Source: Lacrimispora sp. (GTDB taxonomy: Bacteria > Bacillota > Clostridia > Lachnospirales > Lachnospiraceae). From it: a stretch of DNA of 64,000 nucleotides. The position numbers and the translations under genes were made by a program. Every line of letters starts with the position of its first letter. The first letter of the stretch is position 1. The stretch covers positions 3,139 through 67,138 of the forward strand of contig JAQSYE010000001.1 in the NCBI GenBank assembly GCA_029256305.1. Reading direction: 5' to 3'. The notes below the pieces were generated by a model. That model made no database searches, was not told the DNA's origin, and saw only the letters and a program-made list of their open reading frames with translations. Below, piece after piece: positions 48,983 to 58,560 of the stretch.

Positions 48983-49435
48983 CTAAATAGCTACCTTTAC
49001 TACCACTTTTTTGACCTGGCAGGGCACTCCTGCTACGCAGCGGGGCTTATGAGCATCCTCTGGTGCAACGATTATCATATCTCCCTCTTCCAGAAGTACA
49101 CTGCCGCTCAGTCCCGGCTCTTCATAAAAGATTAAGTCGTTCTCCTCCCGACGTTCCTTAACGGTGAGTCCATCCCGTTTGCAGACGCCAAACTGCTCCC
49201 TGCCGGAAACTACGTACTGGATATCGAAGAACTTTTCATGAGTTTCAAATGAAGCCTCATCAGGGGAAATTGTGGTATACTCCTGTACATTTGCCACAAC
49301 CTGGTCGCCTGCGACTCGGTAGCTCCCTGGCTGAAGTGATGCAATGTCAGTTGATCTCAGCCATTCATAGGCCTTCGTGAATTTTTCTTCCAGATAATTA
49401 TACTTCTCTGCAACTGTGATATTTGAAAATAGCAT
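48983..49435 (-). CDS. YhcH/YjgK/YiaL family protein
   Basis: FETHEKFFDIQY, DLIFY, PEDAHKP, KKVVVKV; follows yiaK as in yiaKL. Confidence 0.9.
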   Translation of the reverse strand: MLFSNITVAEKYNYLEEKFTKAYEWLRSTDIASLQPGSYRVAGDQVVANVQEYTTISPDEASFETHEKFFDIQYVVSGREQFGVCKRDGLTVKERREENDLIFYEEPGLSGSVLLEEGDMIIVAPEDAHKPRCVAGVPCQVKKVVVKVAI

Positions 49436-49470
49436 AATATTCTCCTCTTTCTGCTTAACAGGGCTGTGTT

Positions 49471-50520
49471 TTATTTGCTTGCAATATCCTTTGTATCTAA
49501 GTTTCCCTTAGAGATAGCGACGATCTGATCCCAGATCAGTTCATCAACATTGACTCCGCTTTCCATGCTTTTCTTTCTTGTTTCTATGGTGCGCTCGCCG
49601 GGGCAGGTAACTTTGCCGCCCTCTTTTTCGGGGTGAGTGGCATCTGCCGCCGCAACTCTCTTATTTAACATTTCCTGAATTTCTTCCTTGGTACCGAAAA
49701 GATAAGGATCATAGGCAATAAATATCTGACAGCATCCAGTACAGCTTCCTCTTCCTTCTTCATCCAGATTCAGACCGCTTTTTCCATTGGCCATAAGAGC
49801 AGCCGCCAGATCAAGCGCAATCGCCATAGAACTTCCCTTCCAGTATCCGGTAGGGAGAATCCGCTTGCTCTCCTCAATTGATCCTGGATCATCGGTTAAG
49901 TTACCTTCTTTATCAAAACCGCCGGGGAATGGAAGCTTTTTGCCTGCCAGACGGTATACTCCAAGCTTTCCGTAGGCATACTGGCTCATAGCCATATCAA
50001 GTACGATAGGGCCGTCTTCTCTAGGAACAGCGATGCAGAACGGGTTATTTCCTACACCAGGCTCATCACTTCCCCAAAGAGGCATACAGCTTTCAGTGTT
50101 AATCCAGCTGATTCCCATAAATCCTGCTTCTGCCATTCTCCATGCATAAGTACCGCCACGCATCCAATGAGTGGTATTTTTTAATGCAACGCATCCGATT
50201 CCGTGCTCTTTAGCAAGCTCCATGGCGCGATCTGCACAGAAGATGGCATTGGTGATGCCGATTCCCAGATGTCCGTCATAATTTTCAACTGCACCCTTGC
50301 CACCGATTAATTCCGGTTCTCCTTCCGGATCTACCAGTCCACTTAAAACATATTCCACAAAACGGGGAACCCTGTTTAATCCGTGGCTTTCCACGCCGTC
50401 TGCACTGGACTGTGAATGGATCCTTGCACAGATCTCTGCCTTCTCTTTTGAAAGTCCTGCCTGCATAAGCGCCTTCTCTACTGTTTCTTTTACTGTTTCA
50501 TAAGGGACTTTTATACTCAT
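49471..50520 (-). CDS. yiaK: 2,3-diketo-L-gulonate reductase (3-dehydro-L-gulonate 2-dehydrogenase)
   Basis: DGVESHGLNRVPRF, TTHWMRGGTY, GNNP, DMAMSQYAYGKL, GYWKGS. Confidence 0.88.
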   Translation of the reverse strand: MSIKVPYETVKETVEKALMQAGLSKEKAEICARIHSQSSADGVESHGLNRVPRFVEYVLSGLVDPEGEPELIGGKGAVENYDGHLGIGITNAIFCADRAMELAKEHGIGCVALKNTTHWMRGGTYAWRMAEAGFMGISWINTESCMPLWGSDEPGVGNNPFCIAVPREDGPIVLDMAMSQYAYGKLGVYRLAGKKLPFPGGFDKEGNLTDDPGSIEESKRILPTGYWKGSSMAIALDLAAALMANGKSGLNLDEEGRGSCTGCCQIFIAYDPYLFGTKEEIQEMLNKRVAAADATHPEKEGGKVTCPGERTIETRKKSMESGVNVDELIWDQIVAISKGNLDTKDIASK

Positions 50521-50546
50521 ATCTTCTCCTTTTCTCCTGCCTTATT

Positions 50547-51359
50547 CTATATCGTTATCTCTTCACTGGCTGACGGTTCCTGCGGGGCCGGTCTGGGCTC
50601 TCTTTTCGCACACTGCATCATCTCTTCATACAGTCCGCTTGCCTCTTCCGGAGAGTAACCGTAAACCAGAAATACATCCATCAGATACGGAGAATAGCTG
50701 ATCTTCATAATATCCTGGGCAAAGCCCATTGCCGCGATCTCACTGAAAGCGATCACATTGGAGTCATTATGAACAAATCCCAAAGACCAAAGTCTTATTT
50801 TCTCCGTCTTTGTAAAGATCTCATTCTTATAGCGTTCTTCTACAAAATGAAAGAGTTCGTGGGCCAATAAAAGTCTGCTTACATCCAGCTCTTCTGTCAG
50901 AACCCGGGTCACTTCCTGATTCAAAAATAACCTGGCTGCTTTGTTGACTGCATCCATATAAATACAGATTTTATCAGGTACCCGAAATTCCGCAAATAGC
51001 ACACGGTCTGTCTTTTCCGGAAATTCCGGATAAGAAACGTTCATTCCCATGGCCTTCGCCAGTTCTTTTGGATCCTGGGTTCCATATTCTCTGCATACGA
51101 TTTCAGCATACTCTTTTCCGCATGCCAGACTCTTTCCCATCCATTCTTTCCGCTGATCATCATGAAATTTTCCGTTTAGGGGCTCTCTGGAAAATGCATA
51201 GCCGTACCATTCCCAGGGCTCAATTTCTGCCAGGTCTGAAAGCATGTCCTCAATAGCGCGGATAGGGAAATGAGGGCGTTCATATCTTTGTTGGCTTGGT
51301 CTGCCTAAAAGCCCTGCCCCAATGGGTTTTAAGGCATCACGAAATTCTTCTTTTGTCAT
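50547..51359 (-). CDS. Hypothetical protein with HEXXH zincin motif (ImmA/IrrE-like)
   Basis: DPKELAKAMG, LLAHELFHFVE, SEIAAMGFA (third-ligand Glu). Confidence 0.7.
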   Translation of the reverse strand: MTKEEFRDALKPIGAGLLGRPSQQRYERPHFPIRAIEDMLSDLAEIEPWEWYGYAFSREPLNGKFHDDQRKEWMGKSLACGKEYAEIVCREYGTQDPKELAKAMGMNVSYPEFPEKTDRVLFAEFRVPDKICIYMDAVNKAARLFLNQEVTRVLTEELDVSRLLLAHELFHFVEERYKNEIFTKTEKIRLWSLGFVHNDSNVIAFSEIAAMGFAQDIMKISYSPYLMDVFLVYGYSPEEASGLYEEMMQCAKREPRPAPQEPSASEEITI

Positions 51360-51363
51360 AATT

Positions 51364-53502
51364 TTAACTTTCTCTAATGGATGCGATAATCAGAATTTCC
51401 TCTTCCGGTTCCCGATCACCCAGATCCAGACTCATTAACAGCATGACCTGTTCCAAATCTACCGCGCTGTAATCGCTTACTCTTGGTCCTACGCAAACAT
51501 AAAAGTCAGGGCGCAGTACGGTGTCTGTCTTAAATACTGCATTTTCATTCCAGATCTTTTCAACTGTCTCCTCATAGTTCTTAATATGGCATTTTTCGAC
51601 GATACCATGAGAACACTGTACCTTGATAAAACCTTTCTTATCTACAATTCTAAGCGGTGTTTTTCCTTCTCTTTTGCCCTGATATACAAAGAATTTATCG
51701 GTTTTATCCGCCAGTCTGATATCGGAGACTTTTGGTCCAAAATCTTCTTCTGCCAGCTTGCATGCTTCTGATTCATCGCATTCTTTTAAGAGATCGGTTG
51801 TTTTTACTTCTGTGGAACCGGTAGCAATCGCGGTAACCTTACCGGTCTGATTGTCAATTTCGATGTGAACTTCCACAGTATCTGGAGAAGCGCCGGAGCT
51901 GACCGCAAGATCGGCTGCTTCTTTCTTCAAATCCCTGATGTCTTCCTGGCTTGGATTTGGGATGACACGTTCTACAACATCACGGACCATGGACAACGAT
52001 ACTCCAATAGAGGAGATTACTTCCGCATTCTCCGGAATGCTGTACTGAAGTCCCATCTTCTCTGCGCAGTAAGGCACTAAGGAAGCTGCTCCGCCACCGC
52101 AGCCAACCAGTTTCATGCTGTCATGGTCCAGTTTATATTTATCTGCCAAAGAATTGATACATGCGCTGACCTTCTCATAATCCTTGTCAAGAATCTGGGT
52201 TGCAAGTTCTTCTACCGTAATGCCAAGCTTGTCTGCCACGGGCTTCATCGCTTTGCGGGCTGATGCTGCATTGCCGTGTGCAAAGTACTTCTCATCAATT
52301 AGCCCCAGAACATTGGCTGCATCTGTGTTTGTAAAACAAATTTTCTTTCCGTTCTTTAAGCGCAGAGTCACATAATCAGCAGGATCTCCCTGTTTTGGAC
52401 TTACCAGTTCGATCTGTGGGTCTTCGATCTCCTCTTCGGGCATAAAGCATGCATACTCGCAGCCTGCAATATGGGCAGAACGGGGACCAACGTCAACGAC
52501 AGCCTTATCACTGATACGAACCATGGATCCGCCTGCGCAGCCTAAGATTCTTACGTCAAGGGAGTTAATGTAGGTATCATGACCGCCAATTTTCGCATAA
52601 TCCACGCCTGGACGACCGTTTTTAATAACACCGATATTGGTAGTGGTTCCTCCTACCTCAAAGTAGATGGCATTGGAAGCACGAAGATACATTAAAGATC
52701 CCATAACCGAAGCGGCCGGACCGGAAAGTGCGGTAAGAATTGGACGCTTGCGCATCTCATTAATCTCCATTACGCCTCCGTCACCTCTCATGATCATTAA
52801 CGGAACGGTAACTCCCGCCGCATTAACAGAACTTTCTGTGGCATTTGCGGTAGACATCATTTTGGGAAGTATCGATGCATTAATTGCAGCCGTACGGGTA
52901 CGGCGGGTCAGACCATACAGTTTTGTAATATCGGAAGCCATTGTTACCGGCACATTTTTCTTCTTTGCACAGTCGTGGATAAGAAGCTCCTCATCCATGC
53001 TGTCTACACCAAATGCCATTGAAGCCACAATTACCTTTGCTCCCTGATCCAGGAGTTCACTGATATTCTGATTAATGACATCTTCGTTCAGCATTTTTTT
53101 CTTAATAAACGTATTGTACACCTTGATCATACGTCCTACTTTTTCATCCAGCACAATGTCTTTCAGTGCCAGCTGACGTTTTGCCAGAAATCCTTCCAGA
53201 CCGCCTCCGGCAACACCTACCACACCTACCGGAGCAACGTCACCCTCGATAAAAGCGTTGGTGGCCTGAGTGGTTGAATGGGCTACGAATACCACATCCT
53301 CTGGTGAAATGTTGCTTTCCTGCATACAGTTCCGAAAACTCTGTACAACACCGGCAGCAACGCCATCTTTATCATCATGTGTGGTCTTCACTTCATTTTT
53401 CCCAATAATTTCATGGGTCTCATTGTCCATGGCTACGCATTTGGTATAAGTTCCGCCTACGTCGATGCCCATCCGGACTGCTCTGTGTTCACGCTCTGCC
53501 AT
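51364..53502 (-). CDS. Hydantoinase/oxoprolinase family protein (A-subunit, actin-like ATPase fold)
   Basis: GIDVGGTYT, HSTTQATNA, RTRTAAINAS, MRGDGG, LSGPAA, EVGGTTT, GGSMVR, VGPRSA, GGGA. Confidence 0.9.
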   Translation of the reverse strand: MAEREHRAVRMGIDVGGTYTKCVAMDNETHEIIGKNEVKTTHDDKDGVAAGVVQSFRNCMQESNISPEDVVFVAHSTTQATNAFIEGDVAPVGVVGVAGGGLEGFLAKRQLALKDIVLDEKVGRMIKVYNTFIKKKMLNEDVINQNISELLDQGAKVIVASMAFGVDSMDEELLIHDCAKKKNVPVTMASDITKLYGLTRRTRTAAINASILPKMMSTANATESSVNAAGVTVPLMIMRGDGGVMEINEMRKRPILTALSGPAASVMGSLMYLRASNAIYFEVGGTTTNIGVIKNGRPGVDYAKIGGHDTYINSLDVRILGCAGGSMVRISDKAVVDVGPRSAHIAGCEYACFMPEEEIEDPQIELVSPKQGDPADYVTLRLKNGKKICFTNTDAANVLGLIDEKYFAHGNAASARKAMKPVADKLGITVEELATQILDKDYEKVSACINSLADKYKLDHDSMKLVGCGGGAASLVPYCAEKMGLQYSIPENAEVISSIGVSLSMVRDVVERVIPNPSQEDIRDLKKEAADLAVSSGASPDTVEVHIEIDNQTGKVTAIATGSTEVKTTDLLKECDESEACKLAEEDFGPKVSDIRLADKTDKFFVYQGKREGKTPLRIVDKKGFIKVQCSHGIVEKCHIKNYEETVEKIWNENAVFKTDTVLRPDFYVCVGPRVSDYSAVDLEQVMLLMSLDLGDREPEEEILIIASIRES

Positions 53503-53590
53503 TGTATTCCATTCCTTTCCAGATAAATAAGTTAAATTTTACTAACATGTTTTTCATGTACTGCTCCTCAATTACAATCTTTTGAAAAGC

Positions 53591-53619
53591 GTCCGGGTGC
53601 GCAGGGGGCGCTCCCGGAC
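53591..53619. other. GC-rich intercistronic stem-loop
   Basis: GTCCGGG-T-GCGC-AGGGG-GCGC-T-CCCGGAC, without a U tract. Confidence 0.55.
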
Positions 53620-53671
53620 AGGGGTTATCTTTTGGGGTTTTGAGAGTTTGTCTCCTTGTCCGAGACTGTTA

Positions 53672-55063
53672 TTAAGACAAGAACCATGCAGCACCAAGTC
53701 CGCCTAACATGATGAATGTAGCCACATACTGCAGCACTCCGGCAAAATATGCATTGGGAATGGAAAGCTTTAAGAAGTCTCGAGATTCAACCTTCGAATA
53801 AGCAAGTCCCCATGCAACCCATGACTGAGTGATACAGCTTCCGATATTTACGGTAATCGTAGGGATTGCAAATACCGCATAGAGGAATGGAACGGAAAAA
53901 GTTGCAACATTGGAAAGTACACCAAGAGTTGCCGCGCCGCAGCCAACTAAAGTCATAGGACCACGGAACAGACCCATGCAAAGAAGAACTGCAAACACAA
54001 TACAAACAACGATCTCGCTTCTTGGCATTACATTTCCAAGAATTACCTTGAAGTAAGGAGAAGCAAGAGCCGCAACTGAGTTAAACATAGGAAGGGTAAG
54101 AAGGAATCCTACCAACGGAGCGGTATCAACCACACCGTCATAATAAAGCTTATTAACAAGCTGACAGTTCTCTTTGAAACTTCCTTTCATTCTTCCGCAA
54201 AGGAAAAGTGCCAGGAAACCAGCAATTACAAAGCCTCCGATTACGGAGAAGTCCAGCCAGATTTTTAATACAACCGGAACGATAGGAAGGAGCAGGGTAT
54301 AAACCGGTGCATTCTTCTGTTCGGAAGCAGCTCCTCTGGTCTGAGCAGCCCATGCATGAACTGTCTTGGCACGCTTTAAATAGAAAGCTGCCAGAAAAGT
54401 GGTGATAACCAGCATGATAACGAGAGCGGCGTAACCCCAGTGAGCAGCATACCAGCCCAGTGTAAAATCAGGCATCTCATCAGGTTTTAAGAAAAACGCA
54501 CGATACTGTGTAAAGTTAACCGGATTGATATAAATACCTGCTGCAACTGATCCCATAAATGTGAACAGAGCCACTGATTTGGGAATACCCAAAGACATAA
54601 GAATCGGAAGTACGATAACACCGATTGCAATGACTGGGCCTGCACCTGTCATTGCAGTAAAAATCAGAGCAGTTACTATATTTAAAAGTGCTACTGTTAT
54701 AAATGGCTTGTCTCCACCTAACTCAACAGTTTTACGGATCAGGGTTGATGCAATTCCGGTATCCATAAGTACACGGCCAAACCATGCACCCCAGCATACA
54801 TTAACCAGAGTTGTTCCCCAGCCTTCTGGTGCTGACTGATAGATCTTATTTAAGGCAGCAATCAGAGTGTTGTCTTTTCCAAAGTTCAGAATCGGATTGG
54901 AAGCAAGAAATGACTCGCTTACAAACAATGTTCCTCCAAGAGGAAGAATGGTCCAAAGAAGAGTAATCAGCAAAAAGCCAATCATCAGGTTATGGCCTTT
55001 GATGCAGTAATACGCCAAACCAAAGAAAGAAATTAATAAAATAATACCAATAATGTACTCCAC
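53672..55063 (-). CDS. Ion-transporter superfamily permease (CitM/GntP-like carboxylate transporter)
   Basis: About 12 TM helices, GAWFGRVLMDTGIA...RKTVELGGDKP, IGVIVLPIL, FRGP; GTG start with AGGAGG SD. Confidence 0.82.
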   Translation of the reverse strand: MEYIIGIILLISFFGLAYYCIKGHNLMIGFLLITLLWTILPLGGTLFVSESFLASNPILNFGKDNTLIAALNKIYQSAPEGWGTTLVNVCWGAWFGRVLMDTGIASTLIRKTVELGGDKPFITVALLNIVTALIFTAMTGAGPVIAIGVIVLPILMSLGIPKSVALFTFMGSVAAGIYINPVNFTQYRAFFLKPDEMPDFTLGWYAAHWGYAALVIMLVITTFLAAFYLKRAKTVHAWAAQTRGAASEQKNAPVYTLLLPIVPVVLKIWLDFSVIGGFVIAGFLALFLCGRMKGSFKENCQLVNKLYYDGVVDTAPLVGFLLTLPMFNSVAALASPYFKVILGNVMPRSEIVVCIVFAVLLCMGLFRGPMTLVGCGAATLGVLSNVATFSVPFLYAVFAIPTITVNIGSCITQSWVAWGLAYSKVESRDFLKLSIPNAYFAGVLQYVATFIMLGGLGAAWFLS

Positions 55064-55204
55064 AATAATACCTCCTATAACTTTTTATTCCCCATACTAC
55101 TGATAATAGTTAACCGGTCTGCCAATTAGCAGCCTTTTCTCAAAACCTGGATTTCCCGCTCCTTTCCTCTTATATGGCATTTCTATTTCTAACCGAGCCG
55201 GCTT

Positions 55205-55918
55205 CTATGCCTGTCCGGAAAAGAACTGTGGATAAATATCCCGAAGTGTACCTGCATTCCATAAAATAGTATTAAAATGATTGGCACAGATCAGGCTGGC
55301 CGCTTCCGCATCATTTCTCCTTAAATTATCAAGGAGTAGACGTCCTTCAACTAAAACATGTTCCCAGCTCGTCAGAGAAGACATATCAATACGGTAGTTA
55401 AACGTGGTAAATTGAAGATAGTTTAAGCGCAGCAGATCTGAGTCTATGGTTCTAAATACCTCCCATGCATACTCCCGACCGCAGAATGCGGACAGAAGAT
55501 AATGTACCTGCTGCTCTATCACCAGAAATTCCAGGGGATTTTCTTTATTTATCTCCAATTTTTGTCGTTTTAAAACCTCTTCCAGCTGTTCAAATTGTTT
55601 CTCAGTCAATCCCTTGCGGCAAATCTCCTCGATCATGGCCTGTTCCAATACAGTATGTGAATAAACAACCTGTCTGATCCGTTCTAAATCAAGCAATGTC
55701 ACTTCCGTGCCCCGCTGTGGATAGACTACAATGTATCCTTCTTCAACCAGGCGGGAAAGTGCATCTCTTACCATGGTCCGGCTGGCATTCATCTGACTGG
55801 ATAATAAATTTTCACTCAGCCGCTCTCCCGGTTTAATCGTCAGATTCATTATCTGCATCCGCAACTGATTATATATGTCGTTTCTTTGGTTTCCTTTTTC
55901 ATCTTCCAGCTCTGGCAT
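55205..55918 (-). CDS. GntR family regulator (FCD-type)
   Basis: IKPGERLSEN...SRTMVRDALSRL...VYPQRGT; ATG 55918 after AAGGAG. Confidence 0.9.
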   Translation of the reverse strand: MPELEDEKGNQRNDIYNQLRMQIMNLTIKPGERLSENLLSSQMNASRTMVRDALSRLVEEGYIVVYPQRGTEVTLLDLERIRQVVYSHTVLEQAMIEEICRKGLTEKQFEQLEEVLKRQKLEINKENPLEFLVIEQQVHYLLSAFCGREYAWEVFRTIDSDLLRLNYLQFTTFNYRIDMSSLTSWEHVLVEGRLLLDNLRRNDAEAASLICANHFNTILWNAGTLRDIYPQFFSGQA

Positions 55919-55948
55919 TTTAATCTCCTTTGTATCAATGGATTGTAA

Positions 55949-56195
55949 TGCATACAAGTATTTCATTCTATGACGATTGCATATCAGTATCCCGGCAAAT
56001 GCATATCAGTTAGTACTTCTCCACTTGATAGCGCTCATCCTTTTTGTAAAATATAACACACTCAACTTTGAAAATCAACTGTATTTTTTATATTTTATAC
56101 ATTGCTTCGTTGTTTTTCTATAATATCCATGTGTTTTTGCACAACACAATTTATAAAATTACTTATTTTTATCCTTTTAAAGATTGCATACAAGT
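55949..56195 (-). promoter_or_regulatory. Promoter and repeated TGCATA(CA/TC)AGT boxes upstream of the GntR-transporter-hydantoinase operon
   Basis: Boxes at 55949, 55978, 56000 and 56185; TTGATT-17 bp-TATATT with extended TG at 56050-56078. Confidence 0.55.
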
Positions 56196-56240
56196 TGATT
56201 TTTCGATGTTTTTGGCGTATGGCAGAAAAAAACGGATGCA

Positions 56241-56283
56241 AAAACAGACTTTGGCATTGTTATCAAACTGCCAAAGTCTGTTT
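56241..56283 (-). terminator. Terminator after aldehyde dehydrogenase
   Basis: AAACAGACTTTGGCA/TGCCAAAGTCTGTTT 15-bp stem. Confidence 0.8.
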
Positions 56284-56330
56284 ATTTTATCTTATTTCAG
56301 GTTAACCTATACTTCTTTTCCATTAGAGGC

Positions 56331-57818
56331 TTATTTTACGGGATAAAATCCTGAAGGAGCTTCGCTTAAATTAATCATAATATTCTTTGTCTGGGTATAA
56401 TGCTCCAGCATTACTTTATGAGTTTCACGTCCCACTCCGGAAGTCTTATATCCACCAAAAGGGGCTCCCTCCGGTATTGCATTGTAAGTATTCACCCACA
56501 TACGTCCTGTTTCCACGGCTCTTGCCACGCGTATGGCACGGTTAATATCTCTGGTCCACACAGCTCCGCCCAGTCCAAATTCACTGTCATTCGCCATGGC
56601 AATCACTTCATCCTCAGTCCTGAACTTGATAATACATGCGACCGGTCCAAAGATCTCTTCTTTTGCCACTCTCATATCATTGGTCACATCACCAAGAAGA
56701 GTCGGGCGGAGAAACGCACCATGTTCAAGACCGTCTCCTGTATATGCTTCCCCTCCGCACAGAACCTTAGCGCCTTCTTCTTTACCGATTTCAACATATC
56801 CTAATATTTTTTCCAAATGTCCTTTATTGATCTGGCTGCCCATCTGGGTATCTTCTTCCCATGGAAGCCCTACCTTAACCTTATTAAACCGCTCCACCGC
56901 CTCTTTTACAAACCGGTCATAGATTTCCTCCTGTACAAAAACTCTGGAACCTGCACAGCATACCTGACCCTGGTTAAATAAGATCCCAAGCTGCACGCCA
57001 TCCATTGCCATCTCCCAGTCACAGTCATTAAAGAAAATATTGGCTGACTTACCGCCCAGCTCCAAGGTTGCAGGAATCAGTTTTTCAGCCGCAGCCAGAG
57101 CTACATTTCTTCCCACCTCGGTAGATCCTGTAAACGCTAGCTTTTTAAAACCAGGATGTTCCAGCATATACTGCCCTGATTTGGAGCCACCACCTGAGAT
57201 TACGTTAAAGACACCCGCCGGAATCACATCCTGTATCAGTCTTGCCAGCTCAAGTACACTTAACGGAGTTGCGCTTGAGGTCTTAAATACAGTACAGCAT
57301 CCACTTGCAAGAACAGGTGCCAGCTTCCACGCTGCCATTAAAAATGGGAAGTTCCACGGAACAATCTGACCCACTACGCCAATCGGCTCTTTTAAAATGA
57401 GGCTTAGTATATTGTCTCCCAATATGCTGGCACTACCCTCATCTGCCATGATACAACCCGCAAAATAACGGAAGTGCTGGGCAGCCAATGGAATATCCAC
57501 GTTTAAAGTCTCCCTGATTGGTTTTCCATTGTCCAGTGTCTCAACCATGGCAAGATGCTCTTTGTTTGCATCAATGATATCAGCGATTTTATTTAAGATT
57601 GCCGCTCTCTGGTTAACCGGAACATTCTTCCATGTTTCAAAGGCCTTCCAGGCAGCTTTTACCGCCTCATCTACATCCTCTTTCGTCGCTTCTGCACACT
57701 GTGCTAGAACTCTGCCGTCTGCCGGACAGGTAACTGTAAATGTTTTTCCGTCGGAGGCCTGTTTCCACTCTCCACCTATAAATAATTGATATGTATTCTG
57801 AAGTATAACATCCTTCAT
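56331..57818 (-). CDS. NAD-dependent aldehyde dehydrogenase
   Basis: PWNFP, FTGSTEVG, LELGGKS, FNQGQVCCAGSR, EEIFGPV, PFGGYKTSG. Confidence 0.95.
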   Translation of the reverse strand: MKDVILQNTYQLFIGGEWKQASDGKTFTVTCPADGRVLAQCAEATKEDVDEAVKAAWKAFETWKNVPVNQRAAILNKIADIIDANKEHLAMVETLDNGKPIRETLNVDIPLAAQHFRYFAGCIMADEGSASILGDNILSLILKEPIGVVGQIVPWNFPFLMAAWKLAPVLASGCCTVFKTSSATPLSVLELARLIQDVIPAGVFNVISGGGSKSGQYMLEHPGFKKLAFTGSTEVGRNVALAAAEKLIPATLELGGKSANIFFNDCDWEMAMDGVQLGILFNQGQVCCAGSRVFVQEEIYDRFVKEAVERFNKVKVGLPWEEDTQMGSQINKGHLEKILGYVEIGKEEGAKVLCGGEAYTGDGLEHGAFLRPTLLGDVTNDMRVAKEEIFGPVACIIKFRTEDEVIAMANDSEFGLGGAVWTRDINRAIRVARAVETGRMWVNTYNAIPEGAPFGGYKTSGVGRETHKVMLEHYTQTKNIMINLSEAPSGFYPVK

Positions 57819-57885
57819 GTTCTTTTCCTCGCTTTCATTTTGATATGTCTTATTGGTCTGTAATTACCCATACTCATGTATAGTC

Positions 57886-57913
57886 ATTATAGGCCTATTT
57901 TTATAACTGTCAA
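57886..57913 (-). promoter_or_regulatory. Sigma-A promoter of aldehyde dehydrogenase
   Basis: TTGACA-16 bp-TATAAT on minus strand. Confidence 0.55.
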
Positions 57914-58224
57914 TTTAATTATTTTTTTAACATTTTAATTGATATTTATTTATCTTTCAATGATTATTATTTATCAATTATTATTAACTTGCTTGTTAAA
58001 ACTTTCATATAAATTATCTGTCTTTTCAGTGGGGTTAATTTAAAGACAATATGTGCTTTCTGTATTTTTTTCATGAGGAAATTCAATTAAAGGAGATTTG
58101 TAAGAGCTGTTAGATATATTCTTAACAATTATGACCGCTCCAAATTTTCAGAGGAAAGAAAAATCAGGTCGCCCCGGATATTTTTTTAACCAAGTCAAAC
58201 TGACATTGCGTGCTTTTATAACGC

Positions 58225-58263
58225 AAAAAAACGGGAAACCTCAATATCGAAGTTTCCCGTTTT
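58225..58263 (-). terminator. Terminator after tRNA-Phe/tRNA-Gly
   Basis: AAAACGGGAAAC/GTTTCCCGTTTT plus T tract. Confidence 0.75.
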
Positions 58264-58271
58264 CATTAAGA

Positions 58272-58342
58272 AGCGGGTGATGGGAATCGAACCCACGTAT
58301 CTAGCTTGGAAGGCTAGTGTTCTACCATTGAACTACACCCGC
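58272..58342 (-). tRNA. tRNA-Gly(TCC)
   Basis: GCGGGTGTAGTTCAATGGTAGAACACTAGCCTTCCAAGCTAG...GGTTCGATTCCCATCACCCGCT. Confidence 0.97.
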
Positions 58343-58383
58343 AAGGATATCAAAAATATTCCAAACGTGCTTCTAAAGCACAG

Positions 58384-58456
<73 letters not shown>

Positions 58457-58503
58457 TTATTCTCCTGCAACATCAAAAACATGAAATAATAAAATCTTCC
58501 ACA

Positions 58504-58546
58504 TTGACTATATTATAACTTTATTATATTATAATTTTATAATATA
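58504..58546 (+). promoter_or_regulatory. Promoter with candidate PadR operator
   Basis: TTGACT-17 bp-TATTAT; palindrome TATATTATAA-TT-TTATAATATA at 58525-58546, extra half-site at 58509. Confidence 0.55.
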
Positions 58547-58560
58547 AAAGGAGGATCATT

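Noticed and set aside
56068-56346. Short + strand ORFs between GntR and aldehyde dehydrogenase
   Set aside because: AT-rich promoter/terminator region; no SD and a low-complexity translation
57993-58010. Rex-like site TTGTTAAAACTTTCATAT upstream of aldehyde dehydrogenase
   Set aside because: Right half is degenerate and the region is very AT-rich, so it is not distinguishable from chance
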